Assembly (NCBI RefSeq): GCF_964355755.1
Contig: NW_027306096.1
Coordinates: forward strand, 62,001-126,000
DNA from: Antedon mediterranea
Lineage: Eukaryota; Animalia; Echinodermata
Reading direction: 5' to 3'
Length of the DNA: 64,000 bases
Numbering within the stretch: the first letter of the stretch is position 1; every line of letters starts with the position of its first letter. This document shows, in pieces, positions 11,901 to 26,100 of this stretch. The notes beneath the pieces are model-generated. The model was not told the origin of the DNA and ran no database searches. It saw nothing but the letters and a program-made list of their open reading frames with translations. The translations under genes were made by a program, and so were the position numbers.

Positions 11901-12749
11901 TGATGTTTTTGTGTGAAAAGATTTTTCGAAATGCACAAAATGGTCTAAAACGTCTCCAAATGCGATTTGAAGCTATTTTGTGCACTTTGATGTTTTGTGT
12001 AATGAAACGCACAAAATGGTCTAAAATGTCTCCAAATGCGATTTGAAGCTATTTTGTGCACTTTGTTGTTTTGTGTGAAAAGTTTCATCGAAATGCACAA
12101 AAAGGTCTAAAACGTCTCCAAATACGATATTAAGCTATTATATGCATTTTGATGTTTTTGTGTGAAAAGTTTTAATGAAATGCACAAAATGGTCTAAAAC
12201 GTCTCCAAATGCGATTTGAAGCTATTTTTTGTACTTTGATGTTTTTGTGTGAAAAGTTTCATCGAAATGCACAAAATGGTCTAAAACGTCTCCAAATACA
12301 ATAATAAGCTATTGTATGCACTTTGTTGTTTTTGTGTGAAAAGTTTCATCGAAATGCACAAAAAGGTCTAAAACGTCTCCAAATACGATATTAAGCTATT
12401 ATATGCATTTTGATGTTTTTGTGTGAAAAGTTTTAAGGAAATGCACAAAATGGCCTCAAACGTCTCCAAATCCGCTTTGAAGCTATTCTAAGCACTTTCG
12501 TGTTTTTATGTTAACAATTTTTTCGAAATGCTCAAAATGTTCTAAAACGGTTTCAAATGTGATTTTAAGGACTTGTGATGTTTTTGTGTAATCAAGTTTC
12601 ATCGAAATGCACAAAATGGTCTAAAACGTCTCCAAATGCGATTTGAAGCTATTTTGTGCACTTTTATGTTTTGTGTGAAAAGTTTCATCGAAATGCACAA
12701 AATGGTCTAAAACGTCTCCAAATGCGATTTGAAGCTATTTTGTGCACTT

Positions 12750-15700
12750 TGTTGTTTTTGTGTGAAAAGTTTCATCGAAATGCTCAAAATGGTCTAAAAC
12801 GTCTCCAAATGCGATTTGAAGCTATATTGTGCACTTTGTCGTTTTTGTGTGAAAAGTTTCATCGAAATGCTCAAAATGGTCTAAAACGTCTCTAAATGCG
12901 ATTTGAAGCTATTTTGTGCACTTTGATGTTTTTTTGTGAAAAGTTTCATCGAAATGCACAAAATGGTCTAAAACGTCTCTAAATGCGATTTGAAGCTATT
13001 TTTTGCACTTTGATGTTTTTGTGTGAAAAGTTTCATCGAAATGCACAAAATGGTCTAAAACGTCTCTAAATGCGATTTGAAGCTATTTTGTGCACTTTGA
13101 TGTTTTTTTGTGAAAAGTTTCATCGAAATGCACAAAATGGTCTAAAACGTCTCTAAATGCGATTTGAAGCTATTTTGTGCACTTTGTCGTTTTTGTGTGA
13201 AAAGTTTCATCGAAATGCTCAAAATGGTCTAAAACGTCTCCAAATGCGATTTGAAGCAATTTTGTGCACTTTGATGTTTTTGTGTGAAAAGTTTCATCGA
13301 AATGCACAAAATGGTCTAAAACGTCTGCAAATGCGATTTGAAGCTATTTTGTGCACTTTGATGTTTTGTGTAATCCAGTTTCATCGAAATGTACAAAATT
13401 GTCTAAAACGTCTCTAAATGCGATTTGAAGCTATTTTGTGCACTTTGTCGTTTTTGTGTGAAAAGTTTTTTCGAAATGCACAAAATGGTCTAAAACGTGT
13501 CCAAATGCGATTTGAAGTTATTTTGTGCACTTTGATGTTTTGTGTGAAAAGTTTTATCGAAATGCTCAAAATGGTCTAAAACGGTTTCAAATGTGATTTT
13601 AAGCACCTTGATATTTTTGTGTAATCAAGTTTCATCGAAATGCACAAAATGGTCTAAAACGTCTGCAAATGCGATTTGAAGCTATTTTGTGCACTTTGAT
13701 GGTTTGGGTGAAAAGTTTCATCGAAATGCACAAAATGGTCAAAAATGTCTCCAAATGCGATTTGAAGCTATTTTGTGCACTTTGTTGTTTTGTGTGAAAA
13801 GTTTCATCGAAATGCACAAAATGGTCTAAAACGGTTTCAAATGTGATTTTAAGCACTTTGATATTTTTGTGTAATCAAGTTTTTTCGAAATGCACAACAT
13901 GGTCTAAAACGTCTCCAAATGCGATTTGAAGTTATTTTGTTCACTTTGATGTTTTTGTTTGAAAAGTTTCATCGAAATGCACAAAATGGTCTAAAACGTC
14001 TCTAAATGCGATTTGAACCTATTTTGTGCACTTTGATGTTTTTGTGTGAAAAGTTTCATCGAAATGCACAAAATGGTCTAAAACGTCTCTAAATGCGATT
14101 TGAAGCTATTTTGTGCACTTTGTCGTTTTTGTGTGAAAAGTTTCATCGAAATGCTCAAAATGGTCTAAAACGTCTCCAAATGCGATTTGAAGCTATTTTG
14201 TGCACTTCGATGTTTTTTTCTGAAAAGTTTCATCGAAATGCACAAAATGGTCTAAAACGTCTCTAAATGCGATTTGAAGCTATTTTGTGCACTTTGATGT
14301 TTTTGTGTGAAAAGTTTCATCGAAATGCACAAAATGGTCTTAAACGTCTCTAAATGCGATTTGAAGCTATTTTGTGCACTTTGTCGTTTTTGTGTGAAAA
14401 GTTTCATCGAAATGCTCAAAATGGTCTAAAACGTCTCCAAATGCGATTTGAAGCAATTTTGTGCACTTTGATGTTTTTGTGTGAAAAGTTTCATCGAAAT
14501 GCACAAAATGGTCTAAAACGTCTGCAAATGCGATTTGAAGCTATTTTGTGCACTTTGATGTTTTTTTGTGAAAAGTTTCATCGAAAGGCACAAAATTGTC
14601 TAAAACGTCTCTAAATGCGATTTGAAGCTATTTTGTGCACTTTGTCGTTTTTGTGTGAAAAGTTTCATCGAAATGCTCAAAATGGTCTAAAACGTCTCCA
14701 AATGCGATTTGAAGCAATTTTGTGCACTTTGATGTTTTTGTGTGAAAAGTTTTTTCGAAATGCACAAAATGGTCTAAAACGTCTCCAAATGCGATTTGAA
14801 GCAATTTTGTGCACTTTGATGTTTTGTGTAATCCAGTTTCATCGAAATGTACAAAATTGTCTAAAACCTCTCAAAATGCGATTTTAAGCTATTTTGTGCA
14901 CTTTGATGTTTTTGTGTGAAAAGTTTCATCGAAATGCACAAAATTGTCTAAAACGTCTCCAAATACGATATTAAGCTATTGTATGCACTTTGATGTTTTT
15001 GAGTGAAAAGTTTTTTCGAAATGCACAAAATGGTCTAAAACGTCTCCAAATGCGATTTGGAGCTCTTTTGTGCACTTTGATGTTTTGTGTAAAAAGTTTG
15101 CTATTTTGTGCACTTTAATGTTTTGTGTGAAAAGTTTTATCGAAATGCTCAAAATTGTCTAAAACGGTTTCAAATGTGATTTTAAGCACTTTGATATTTT
15201 TGTGTAATCAAGTTTTTTCGAAATGCACAACATGGTCTAAAACGTCTCCAAATGCGATTTGAAGCTATTTTGTGCACTTTGATGTTTTTGTGTGAAAAGT
15301 TTCATCGAAATGCACAAAATGGTCTCAAACGTCTGGAAATGCGAGTTGAAGCTATTTTGTGCACTTTGTCGTTTTTGTGTGAAAAGTATATTCGAAATGC
15401 TCAAAATGGTCTAAAACGTCTCCAAATGCGATTTGAAGCTATTTTGTGATTTTAAGAACTTTGATGTTTTTGTGTGAAAAGTTTCATCGAAATGCACAAA
15501 ATGGTCTAAATGCGATTTGAAGCTATTTTGTGCACTTTGATGTTTTTTTGTGAAAAGTTTCATCGAAATGCACAAAATGGTCTAAAACGTCTCCAAATAC
15601 GATATTAAGCTATTGTATGTATGTTGATGTTTTTGTGTGAAAAGTTTTATCGAAATGCTCAAAATGGTCTAAAACGGTTTCAAATGTGATTTTAAGCACT

Positions 15701-18700
15701 TTGATGTTTTTGTGTAATCAAGTTTCATCGAAATGCACAAAATGGTCTAAAACATCTGCAAATGCGATTTTAAGCTATTTTGTGCACTTTCATGTTTTGT
15801 GTGAAAAGTTTTATCGAAATGCTCAAAATGGTCTAAAACGGTTTCAAATGTGATTTTAAGCACTTTGATATTTTTGTGTAATCAAGTTTCATCGAAATGC
15901 ACCAAATTGTCTAAAACGTCTGCAAATGCGATTTGAAGCTATTTTGTGCACTTTGATGTTTTTGTGTGAAAAGTTTCATCGAAATGCACAAAATGGTCTA
16001 AAACGTCTCCAAATATGATATTAAGCTATTGTATGCACTTTGTTGTTTTTATCTGAAAAGTTTTCACGAAATGCACAAAAGATCTAAAACGTCTCTAAAT
16101 GCGATTTGAAGTTATTTTGTGCACTTTAATGTTTTGTGTGAAAAGTTTTATCGAAATGCACAAAATGGTCTAAAACGTCTCCAAATGCGATTTGAAGCTA
16201 TTTTGTGCACTTTGATGTTTTGTGTGAAAAGTTTCACCAAAATGCACAAAATGGTCTAAAACGTCTCCAAATCCGTTTTGAAGCTAATCTAAGCACTTTG
16301 ATGTTGTTATGTTAAACAAGTTTTTTCGAAATGCACAAAATGGTGTAAAACGTCTCCAAATACGATTTGAAGCTCTTTTGTGCACTTTGATGTTTTGTGT
16401 AATAAGTTTTATAGAAACGCACAAAATGGTCTAAAACGGTTTCAAATGTGATTTTAAGCACTTTGATATTTTTGTTTAACCAAGTTTCATCGAAATGCAC
16501 ATAATGGTCTAAAACGTCTCCAAATGCGATTTGAAGCTGTTTTTGTGTGAAAAGTTTTTTCGAAATACACAAAATGGTCTAAAACGTCTCCAAATACAAT
16601 TTGGAACTCTTTTGTGCACTTTGATGTTTTGTGTCAAAAGTTTTATAGAAATGCTCGAAATGGTCTAAAACGGTTTCAAATGTGATTTTAAGCACTTTGA
16701 TATTTTTGTGTAATCAAGTTTCATCGAAATGCACAAAATGGTCTAAAACGTGTTCAAATGCGATTTGAAGCTATTTTGTGATTTTAAGAACTTTGATATT
16801 TTTGTGTAATCAAGTTTCATCGAATGCACAAACTGGTCTAAACATTTGAAGCTATTTTGTGCACTTTGTCGTTTTTGTGTGAAAAGTTTTTTCGAAATGC
16901 ACAAAATGGTCTAAAACGTGTCCAAATGCGATTTGAAGTTATTTTGTGCACTTTGATGTTTTGTGTGAAAAGTTTTATCGAAATGCTCAAAATGGTCTAA
17001 AACGGTTTCAAATGTGATTTTAAGCACCTTGATATTTTTGTGTAATCAAGTTTCATCGAAATGCACAAAATGGTCCAAAACGTCTGCAAATGCGATTTGA
17101 AGCTATTTTGTGCACTTTGATGGTTTGGGTGAAAAGTTTCATCGAAATGCACAAAATGGTCAAAAATGTCTCCAAATGCGATTTGAAGCTATTTTGTGCA
17201 CTTTGATGTTTTTTTGTGAAAAGTTTCATCGAAATGCACAAAATGGTCTAAAACGTCTCTAAATGCGATTTGAAGTTATTTTGTGCACTTTGATGTTTTG
17301 TGTGAAAAGTTTTATCGAAATGCTCCAAAATGGTCTAAAACGGTTTCAAATTTGATTTTAAGCACTTTGATATTTTTGTGTAATCAAGTTTCATCGAAAT
17401 GCACAAAATGGTCTAAAACGTCTGCAAATGCGATTTAAAGCTATTTTGTGCACTTTAATGTTTTGTGTGAAAAGTTTTATCGAAATTCTCAAAATGGTCT
17501 AAAACGGTTTCAAATGTGATTTTAAGCACTTTGATGTTTTTGTGTAATCAAGTTTCATCGAAATGCACAAAATGGTTTAAAACGTCAGCAAATGCGATTT
17601 GAAGCTATTTTGTGCACTTTGATGTTTTTGTGTGAAAAGTTTCATCGAAATGCACAAAATTGTCTAAAACGTTTCCAAATACGATATTAAGCTATTGTAT
17701 GCACTTTGATGTTTTTGAGTGAAAAGTTTTTTCGAAATGCACAAAATGGTCTAAAACGTCTCCAAATGCGATTTGGAGCTCTTTTGTGCACTTTGATGTT
17801 TTGTGTAAAAAGTTTGCTATTTTGTGCACTTTAATGTTTTGTGTGAAAAGTTTTATCGAAATGCTCAAAATTGTCTAAAACGGTTTCAAATGTGATTTTA
17901 ATCACTTTGATATTTTTGTGTAATCAAGTTTTTTTCGAAATGCACAACATGGTCTAAAACGTCTCCAAATGCGATTTTAAGCTATTTTGTGCACTTTGAT
18001 GTTTTTGTGTGAAAAGTTTCATCGAAATGCACAAAATGGTCTAAAACGTCTCTAAATGCGATTTGAAGCTATTTTGTGCACTTTGTCGTTTTTGTGTGAA
18101 AAGTTTCATCGAAATGCTCAAATTGGTCTAAAACGTCTCCAAATGCGATTTGAAACTATATTGTGCACTTTGTCGTTTTTGTGTGAAAAGTTTCATCGAA
18201 ATGCTCAAAATGGTCTAAAACGTCTCTAAATGCGATTTGAAGCTATTTTGTGCACTTTGATGTTTTTTTGTGAAAAGTTTCATCGAAATGCACAAAATGG
18301 TCTAAAACGTCTCTAAATGCGATTTGAAGCTATTTTGTGCACTTTGATGTTTTTGTGTGAAAAGTTTCATCGAAATGCACAAAATGGTCTAAAACGTCTC
18401 TAAATGCGATTTGAAGCTATTTTGTGCACTTTGTGATGTTTTTTTGTGAAAAGTTTCATCGAAATGCACAAAATGGTCTAAAACGTCTCTAAATGCGATT
18501 TGAAGCTATTTTGTGCACTTTGTCGTTTTTGTGTGAAAAGTTTCATCGAAATGCTCAAAATGGTCTAAAACGTCTCCAAATGCGATTTGAAGCAATTTTG
18601 TGCACTTTGATGTTTTTGTGTGAAAAGTTTCATCGAAATGCACAAAATGGTCTAAAACGTCTGCAAATGCGATTTGAAGCTATTTTGTGCACTTTGATGT

Positions 18701-20125
18701 TTTGTGTAATCCAGTTTCATCGAAATGTACAAAATTGTCTAAAACGTCTCTAAATGCGATTTGAAGCTATTTTGTGCACTTTGTCGTTTTTGTGTGAAAA
18801 GTTTTTTCGAAATGCACAAAATTGTCTAAAACGTGTCCAAATGCGATTTGAAGTTATTTTGTGCACTTTGATGTTTTGTGTGAAAAGTTTTATCGAAATG
18901 CTCAAAATGGTCTAAAACGGTTTCAAATGTGATTTTAAGCACCTTGATATTTTTGTGTAATCAAGTTTCATCGAAATGCACAAAATGGTCCAAAACGTCT
19001 GCAAATGCGATTTGAAGCTATTTTGTGCACTTTGTTGTTTTGTGTGAAAAGTTTCATCGAAATGCACAAAATGGTCTAAAACGGTTTCAAATGTGATTTT
19101 AAGCACTTTGATATTTTTGTGTAATCAAGTTTTTTCGAAATGCACAACATGATCTAAAACGTCTCCAAATGCGATTTGAAGTTATTTTGTGCACTTTGAT
19201 GTTTTTGTTTGAAAAGTTTCATCGAAATGCACAAAATGGTCTAAAACGACTCTAAATGCGATTTGAACCTATTTTGTGCACTTTGATGTTTTTGTGTGAA
19301 AAGTTTCATCGAAATGCACAAAATGGTCTAAAACGTCTCTAAATGCGATTTGAAGCTATTTTGTGCACTTTGTCGTTTTTGTGTGAAAAGTTTCATCGAA
19401 ATGCTCAAAATGGTCTAAAACGTCTCCAAATGCGATTTGAAGCTATTTTGTGCACTTCGATGTTTTTTTCTGAAAAGTTTCATCGAAATGCACAAAATGG
19501 TCTAAAACGTCTCTAAATGCGATTTGAAGCTATTTTGTGCACTTTGATGTTTTTGTGTGAAAAGTTTCATCGAAATGCACAAAATGGTCTTAAACGTCTC
19601 TAAATGCGATTTGAAGCTATTTTGTGCACTTTGTCGTTTTTGTGTGAAAAGTTTCATCGAAATGCTCAAAATGGTCTAAAACGTCTCCAAATGCGATTTG
19701 AAGCAATTTTGTGCACTTTGATGTTTTTGTGTGAAAAGTTTCATCGAAATGCACAAAATGGTCTAAAACGTCTGCAAATGCGATTTGAAGCTATTTTGTG
19801 CACTTTGATGTTTTTTTGTGAAAAGTTTCATCGAAATGCACAAAATTGTCTAAAACGTCTCTAAATGCGATTTGAAGCTATTTTGTGCACTTTGTCGTTT
19901 TTGTGTGAAAAGTTTCATCGAAATGCTCAAAATGGTCTAAAACGTCTCCAAATGCGATTTGAAGCAATTTTGTGCACTTTGATGTTTTTGTGTGAAAAGT
20001 TTTTTCGAAATGCACAAAATGGTCTAAAACGTCTCCAAATGCGATTTGAAGCAATTTTGTGCACTTTGATGTTTTGTGTAATCCAGTTTCATCGAAATGT
20101 ACAAAATTGTCTAAAACGTCTCTAA
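12750..20125 (+). repeat. ~2.1-kb block duplication inside the array (about 12.75-14.87 kb repeated at about 18.09-20.12 kb)
   Basis: Identical or near-identical translations at 13157/18493 (offset 5336) and 14354/19604, 14615/19865 (offset 5250). Shared rare marker TGCACTTCGATGTTTTTTTCTG at 14201 and 19451. Confidence 0.85.
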
Positions 20126-23100
20126 ATGCGATTTGAAGCTATTTTGTGCACTTTGTCGTTTTTGTGTGAAAAGTTTCATCGAAAGGCACAAAATGGTCTA
20201 AAACGTCTCCAATTGCGATTTGAAGTTATTTTGTGCACTTTGATGTTTTGTGTGAAAAGTTTTATCGAAATGCTCAAAATGGTCTAAAACGGTTTCAAAT
20301 GCGATTTTAAGCATTTTGATATTTTTGTGTAATCAAGTTTCATCGAAATGCACAAAATGGTCTAAAACGTCTGCAAATGCGATTTAAAGCTATTTTGTGC
20401 ACTTTAATGTTTTGTGTGAAAAGTTTTATCGAAATTCTCAAAATGGTCTAAAACGGTTTCAAATGTGATTTTAAGCACTTTGATGTTTTTGTGTAATCAA
20501 GTTTTTTCGAGATGCACAACATGGTCTAAAACGTCTCCAAATGCGATTTGAAGCTATTTTGTGCACTTTGATGTTTTTGTGTGAAAAGTTTCATCGAAAT
20601 GCACAAAATGGTCTAAAACGTCTCTAAATGCGATTTGAAGCTATTTTGTGCACTTTGATGTTTTTGTGTGAAAAGTTTCATCGAAATGCACAAAATGGTC
20701 TAAAACGTCTCTAAATGCGATTTGAAGCTATTTTGTGCACTTTGTCGTTTTTGTGTGAAAAGTTTCATCGAAATGCTCAAAATGGTCTAAAACGTCTCAA
20801 AATGCGATTTGAAGCTATTTTGTGCACTTTGATGTTTTTTTCTGAAAAGTTTCATCGAAATGCACAAAATGGTCTAAAACGTCTGCAAATGCGATTTGAA
20901 GCTATTTTGTGCACTTTGATGTTTTTGTGTGAAAAGTTTCATCGAAATGCACAAAATGGTCTAAAACGTCTCTAAATGCGATTTGAAGCTATTTTGTGCA
21001 CTTTGTCGTTTTTGTGTGAAAAGTTTCATCGAAATGCTCAAAATGGTCTAAAACGTCTCTAAATGCGATTTGAAGCAATTTTGTGCACTTTGTCGTTTTT
21101 GTGTGAAAAGTTTCATCGAAATGCACAAAATGGTCTAAAACGTCTGCAAATGCGATTTGAAGCTATTTTGTGCACTTTGTCGTTTTTGTGTGAAAAGTTT
21201 TTTCGAAATGCACAAAATGGTATAAAACGTCTCCAAATGCGATTTGAAGCAATTTTATGCACTTTGATGTTTTGTGTAATCCAGTTTCATCGAAATGTAC
21301 AAAATTGTCTAAAACGTCTCTAAATGCGATTTGAAGCTATTTTGTGCACTTTGTCGTTTTTGTGTGAAAAGTTTCATCGAAATGCACAAAATGGTCTAAA
21401 ACGTCTCCAATTGCGATTTGAAGTTATTTTGTGCACTTTGATGTTTTGTGTGAAAAGTTTTATCGAAATGCTCAAAATGGTCTAAAACGGTTTCAAATGT
21501 GATTTTAAGCACTTTGATATTTTTGTGTAATCAAGTTTCATCGAAATGCACAAAATGGTCTAAAACGTCTGCAAATGCGATTTAAAGCTATTTTGTGCAC
21601 TTTAATGTTTTGTGTGAAAAGTTTTATCGAAATTCTCAAAATGGTCTAAAACGGTTTCAAATGTGATTTTAAGCACTTTTATGTTTTTGTGTAATCAAGT
21701 TTCATCGAAATGCACAAAATGGTTTAAAACGTCTGCAAATGCGATTTGAAGCTATTTTGTGCACTTTGATGTTTTTGTGTGAAAAGTTTCATCGAAATGC
21801 ACGAAATTGTCTAAAAAGTCTCCAAATGCGATTTGAAGCTATTTTGTGCACTTTGTCGTTTTTGTGTGAAAAGTTTCATCGAAATGCTCAAAATGGTCTA
21901 AAACGTCTCCAAATGCGATTTGAAGCAATTTTGTGCACTTTGATGTTTTTGTGTGAAAAGTTTCATCGAAATGCACAAAATGGTCTAAAACGTCTGCAAA
22001 TGCGATTTGAAGCTATTTTGTGCACTTTGTCGTTTTTGTGTGAAAAGTTTTTTCGAAATGCACAAAATGGTCTAAAACGTCTCCAAATGCGATTTGAAGC
22101 AATTTTGTGCACTTTGATGTTTTGTCTAATCCAGTTTCATCGAAATGTACAAAATTGTCTAAAACGTCTCTAAATGCGATTTGAAGCTATTTTGTGCAAT
22201 TTGTCGTTTTTGTGTGAAAAGTTTTTTCGAAATGCACAAAATGGTCTAAAACGTCTCCAATTGCGATTTGAAGTTATTTTGTGCACTTTGATGTTTTGTG
22301 TGAAAAGTTTTATCGAAATGCTCAAAATGGTCTAAAACGGTTTCAAATGTGATTTTAAGCACTTTGATATTTTTGTATAATCAAGTTAAATCGAAATTCA
22401 CAAAATGGTCTAAAACGTCTGCAAATGCGATTTAAAGCTATTTTGTGCACTTTAATGTTTTGTGTGAAAAGTTTTATTGAAATTCTCATAATGGTCTAAA
22501 ACGGTTTCAAATGTGATTTTAAGCATTTTGATGTTTTTGTGTAATCAAGTTTCATCGAAAAGCACAAAATGGTTTAAAACGTCTGCAAATGCGATTTGAA
22601 GCTATTTTGTGCACTTTGATGTTTTTGTGTGAAAAGTTTCATCGAAATGCACAAAATTGTCTAAAACGTTTCCAAATACGATATTAAGCTATTGTATGCA
22701 CTTTGATGTTTTTGAGTGAAAAGTTTTTTCGAAATGCACAAAATGGTCTAAAACGTCTCCAAATGCGATTTGAAGCTATTTTGTGCACTTTGATGTTTTT
22801 TTCTGAAAAGTTTCATCGAAATACACAAAATGGTCTAAAACGTCTCTAAATGCGATTTGAAGCTATTTTGTGCACTTTGATGTTTTTGTGTGAAAAGTTT
22901 CATCGAAATGCACAAAATGGTCTAAAACGTCTCTAAATGCGATTTGAAGCTATATGTGCACTTTGATGTTTTTTTGTGAAAAGTTTCACCAAAATGCACA
23001 AAATGGTCTAAAACGTCTCTAAATGCGATTTGAAGCTATTTTGTGCACTTTGTCGTTTTTGTGTGAAAAGTTTCATCGAAATGCTCAAAATGGTCTAAAA

Positions 23101-26100
23101 CGGTTTCAAATGTGATTTTGTGCACTTTGATGTTTTTGTGTAATCAAGTTTCATCGAAATGCACAAAATGGTTTAAAACGTCTGCAAATGCGATTTGAAG
23201 CTATTTTGTGCACTTTGATGTTTTGTGTAATCCAGTTTCATCGAAATGTACAAAATTGTCTAAAACCTCTCAAAATGCGATTTGAAGCTATTTTGTGCAC
23301 TTTGATGTTTTTGTGTGAAAAGTTTCATCGAAATGCACAAAATTGTCTAAAACGTCTCCAAATACGATATTAAGCTATTGTATGCACTTTGATGTTTTTG
23401 AGTGAAAAGTTTTTTCGAAATGCACAAAATGGTCTAAAACGTCTCCAAATGCGATTTGGAGCTCTTTTGTGCACTTTGATGTTTTGTGTAAAAAGTTTGC
23501 TATTTTGTGCACTTTAATGTTTTGTGTGAAAAGTTTTATCGAAATGCTCAAAATTGTCTAAAACGGTTTCAAATGTGATTTTAAGCACTTTGATATTTTT
23601 GTGTAATCAAGTTTTTTCGAAATGCACAACATGGTCTAAAACGTCTCCAAATGCGATTTGAAGCTATTTTGTGCACTTTGATGTTTTTGTGTGTAAAGTT
23701 TTATCGAAATTCTCAAAATGGTCTAAAACGGTTTCAAATGTGATTTTAAGCACTTTGATGTTTTTGTGTAATCAAGTTTCATCGAAATGCACAAAATGGT
23801 TTAAAACGTCTGCAAATGCGATTTGAAGCTATTTTGTGCACTTTGATGTTTTTGTGTGAAAAGTTTCATCGAAATGCACAAAATTGTCTAAAACGTCTCC
23901 AAATACGATATTAAGCTATTGTATGCACTTTGATGTTTTTGAGTGAAAAGTTTTTTCGAAATGCACAAAATGGTCTAAAACGTCTCCCAATGCGATTTGG
24001 AGCTCTTTTGTGCACTTTGATGTTTTGTGTAAAAAGTTTGCTATTTTGTGCACTTTAATGTTTTGTGTGAAAAGTTTTATCGAAATGCTCAAAATTGTCT
24101 AAAACGGTTTCAAATGTGATTTTAAGCACTTTGATTTTTTTGTGTAATCAAGTTTTTTCGAAATGCACAACATGGTCTAAAACGTCTCCAAATGCGATTT
24201 GAAGCTATTTTGTGCACTTTGTCGTTTTTGTGTGAAAAGTTTCATCGAAATGCTCAAAATGGTCTAAAACGCCTCCAAATGCGATTTGAAGCTACTTTGT
24301 GCACTTTGATGTTTTTTTGTGGAAGGTTTCATCGAAATGCACAAAATGGTCTAAAACGTCTCTAAATGCGATTTGAAGCTATTTTGTGCACTTTGATGTT
24401 TTTGTGAAAAGTTTCATCGAAATGCACAAAATGGTCTAAAACGTCTCTAAATGCGATTTGAAGCTATTTTGTGCACTTTGTCGTTTTTGTGTGAAAAGTT
24501 TCATCGAAATGCTCAAAATGGTCTAAAACGTCTCCAAATGCGATTTGAAGCTATTTTGTGCACTTTGATGTTTTTGTGTGAAAAGTTTCATCGAAATGCA
24601 CAAAATGGTCTAAAACGTCTCCAAATGCGATTTGAAGCTATTTTGTGCACTTTGATGTTTTTGTGTGAAAAGTTTGATCGAAATGCACAAAATGGTCTAA
24701 AACGGTTTCAAATGTGATTTTAAGCACTTTGATATTTTTGTGTAATCAAGTTTTTTCGAAATGCACAAAATGGTCTAAAACGTCTCCAAATGCGATTTGA
24801 AGTTATTTTGTGCACTTTGATGTTTTGTGTGAAAAGTTTTATCGAAATGCACAAAATGGTCTAAAACGGTTTCAAATGTGATTTTAAGCACTTTGATATT
24901 TTTGTGTAATCAAGTTTTTTCGAAATGCACAAAATGGTCTAAAACGTCTCCAAATGCGATTTGAAGTTATTTTGTGCACTTTGATGTTTTGTGTGAAAAG
25001 TTTTATCGAAATGCTCAAAATTGTCTAAAACGGTTTCAAATGTGATTTTAAGCACTTTGATATTTTTGTGTAACCAAGTTTCATCGAAATGCACAAAATG
25101 GTCTAAAACGTCTGCAAATGCGATTTGAAGCTATTGTGTGATTTTAAGAACTTTGATATTTTTGTGTAATCAAGTTTCATCGAAATGCACAAAATGATCT
25201 AAAGCGTCTTCAAATGCGATTTGAAGCTATTTTGTGCACTTTGATGGTTTTGTGTGAAAAGTTTCATCGAAATGCACAAAATGGTCAAAAACGTCTCCAA
25301 ATACGATAATAAGCTTTTTTATGCACATTGATGTTTTTGTGTGAAAAGTCTCATCGAAATGCACAAAATGGTCTAAAACGTCTCCAAATGCGATTTGAAG
25401 CTATTTTGTGCACTTTGATGTTTTGTGTAATGAAACGCACAAAATTGTCTAAAACGTCTCCGAATACGATATTAAGCTATTTTATGCACTTTGATGTTTT
25501 TGTGTGAAAAGTTTTTTCGAAATGCACAAAATGGTCTAAAACGTCTCCAAATGCGATTTGGAGCTCTTTTGTGCACTTTGATGTTTTGTGTAAAAAGTTT
25601 TATAGAAATGCACGAAATGGTCTAAAAGGGTTTCAAATGTGATTTTAAGCACTTTAATGTTTTGTGTAAAAAGTTTTATAGAAATGCTCGAAATGGTCTA
25701 AAACGTTTTCAAATGTGATTTTAAGCACTTTAATGTTTTGTGTGAAAAGTTTTTTCGAAATGCACAACATGGTCTAAAACTTCTCCAAATGCCATTTGAA
25801 GATATTTTGTGCACTTTGATGTTTTTGTGTGAAAAGTTTCATCGAAACGCACAAAATGGTCTAAAACGTCTCCCAATACGATAATAAGCTATTGTATGCA
25901 CTTTGTTGTTTTTGTGTGAAAAGTTTTTTCGAATTACACAAAATGGTCTAAAACGTCTCCAAATGCGATTTGGAGCTCTTTTGTGCACTTTGATGTTTTG
26001 TGTCAAAAGTATTATAGAAATGCTCGAAATGGTCTAAAACGGTTTCAAATGTGATTTTAAGCACTTTCATGTTTTTGTGTAACCAAGTTTCATCGAGATG

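Noticed and set aside
14314-14331. CENP-B box candidate (TTTCATCGAAATGCACA)
   Set aside because: Does not fit the NTTCGNNNNANNCGGGN core; the CGGG is absent.
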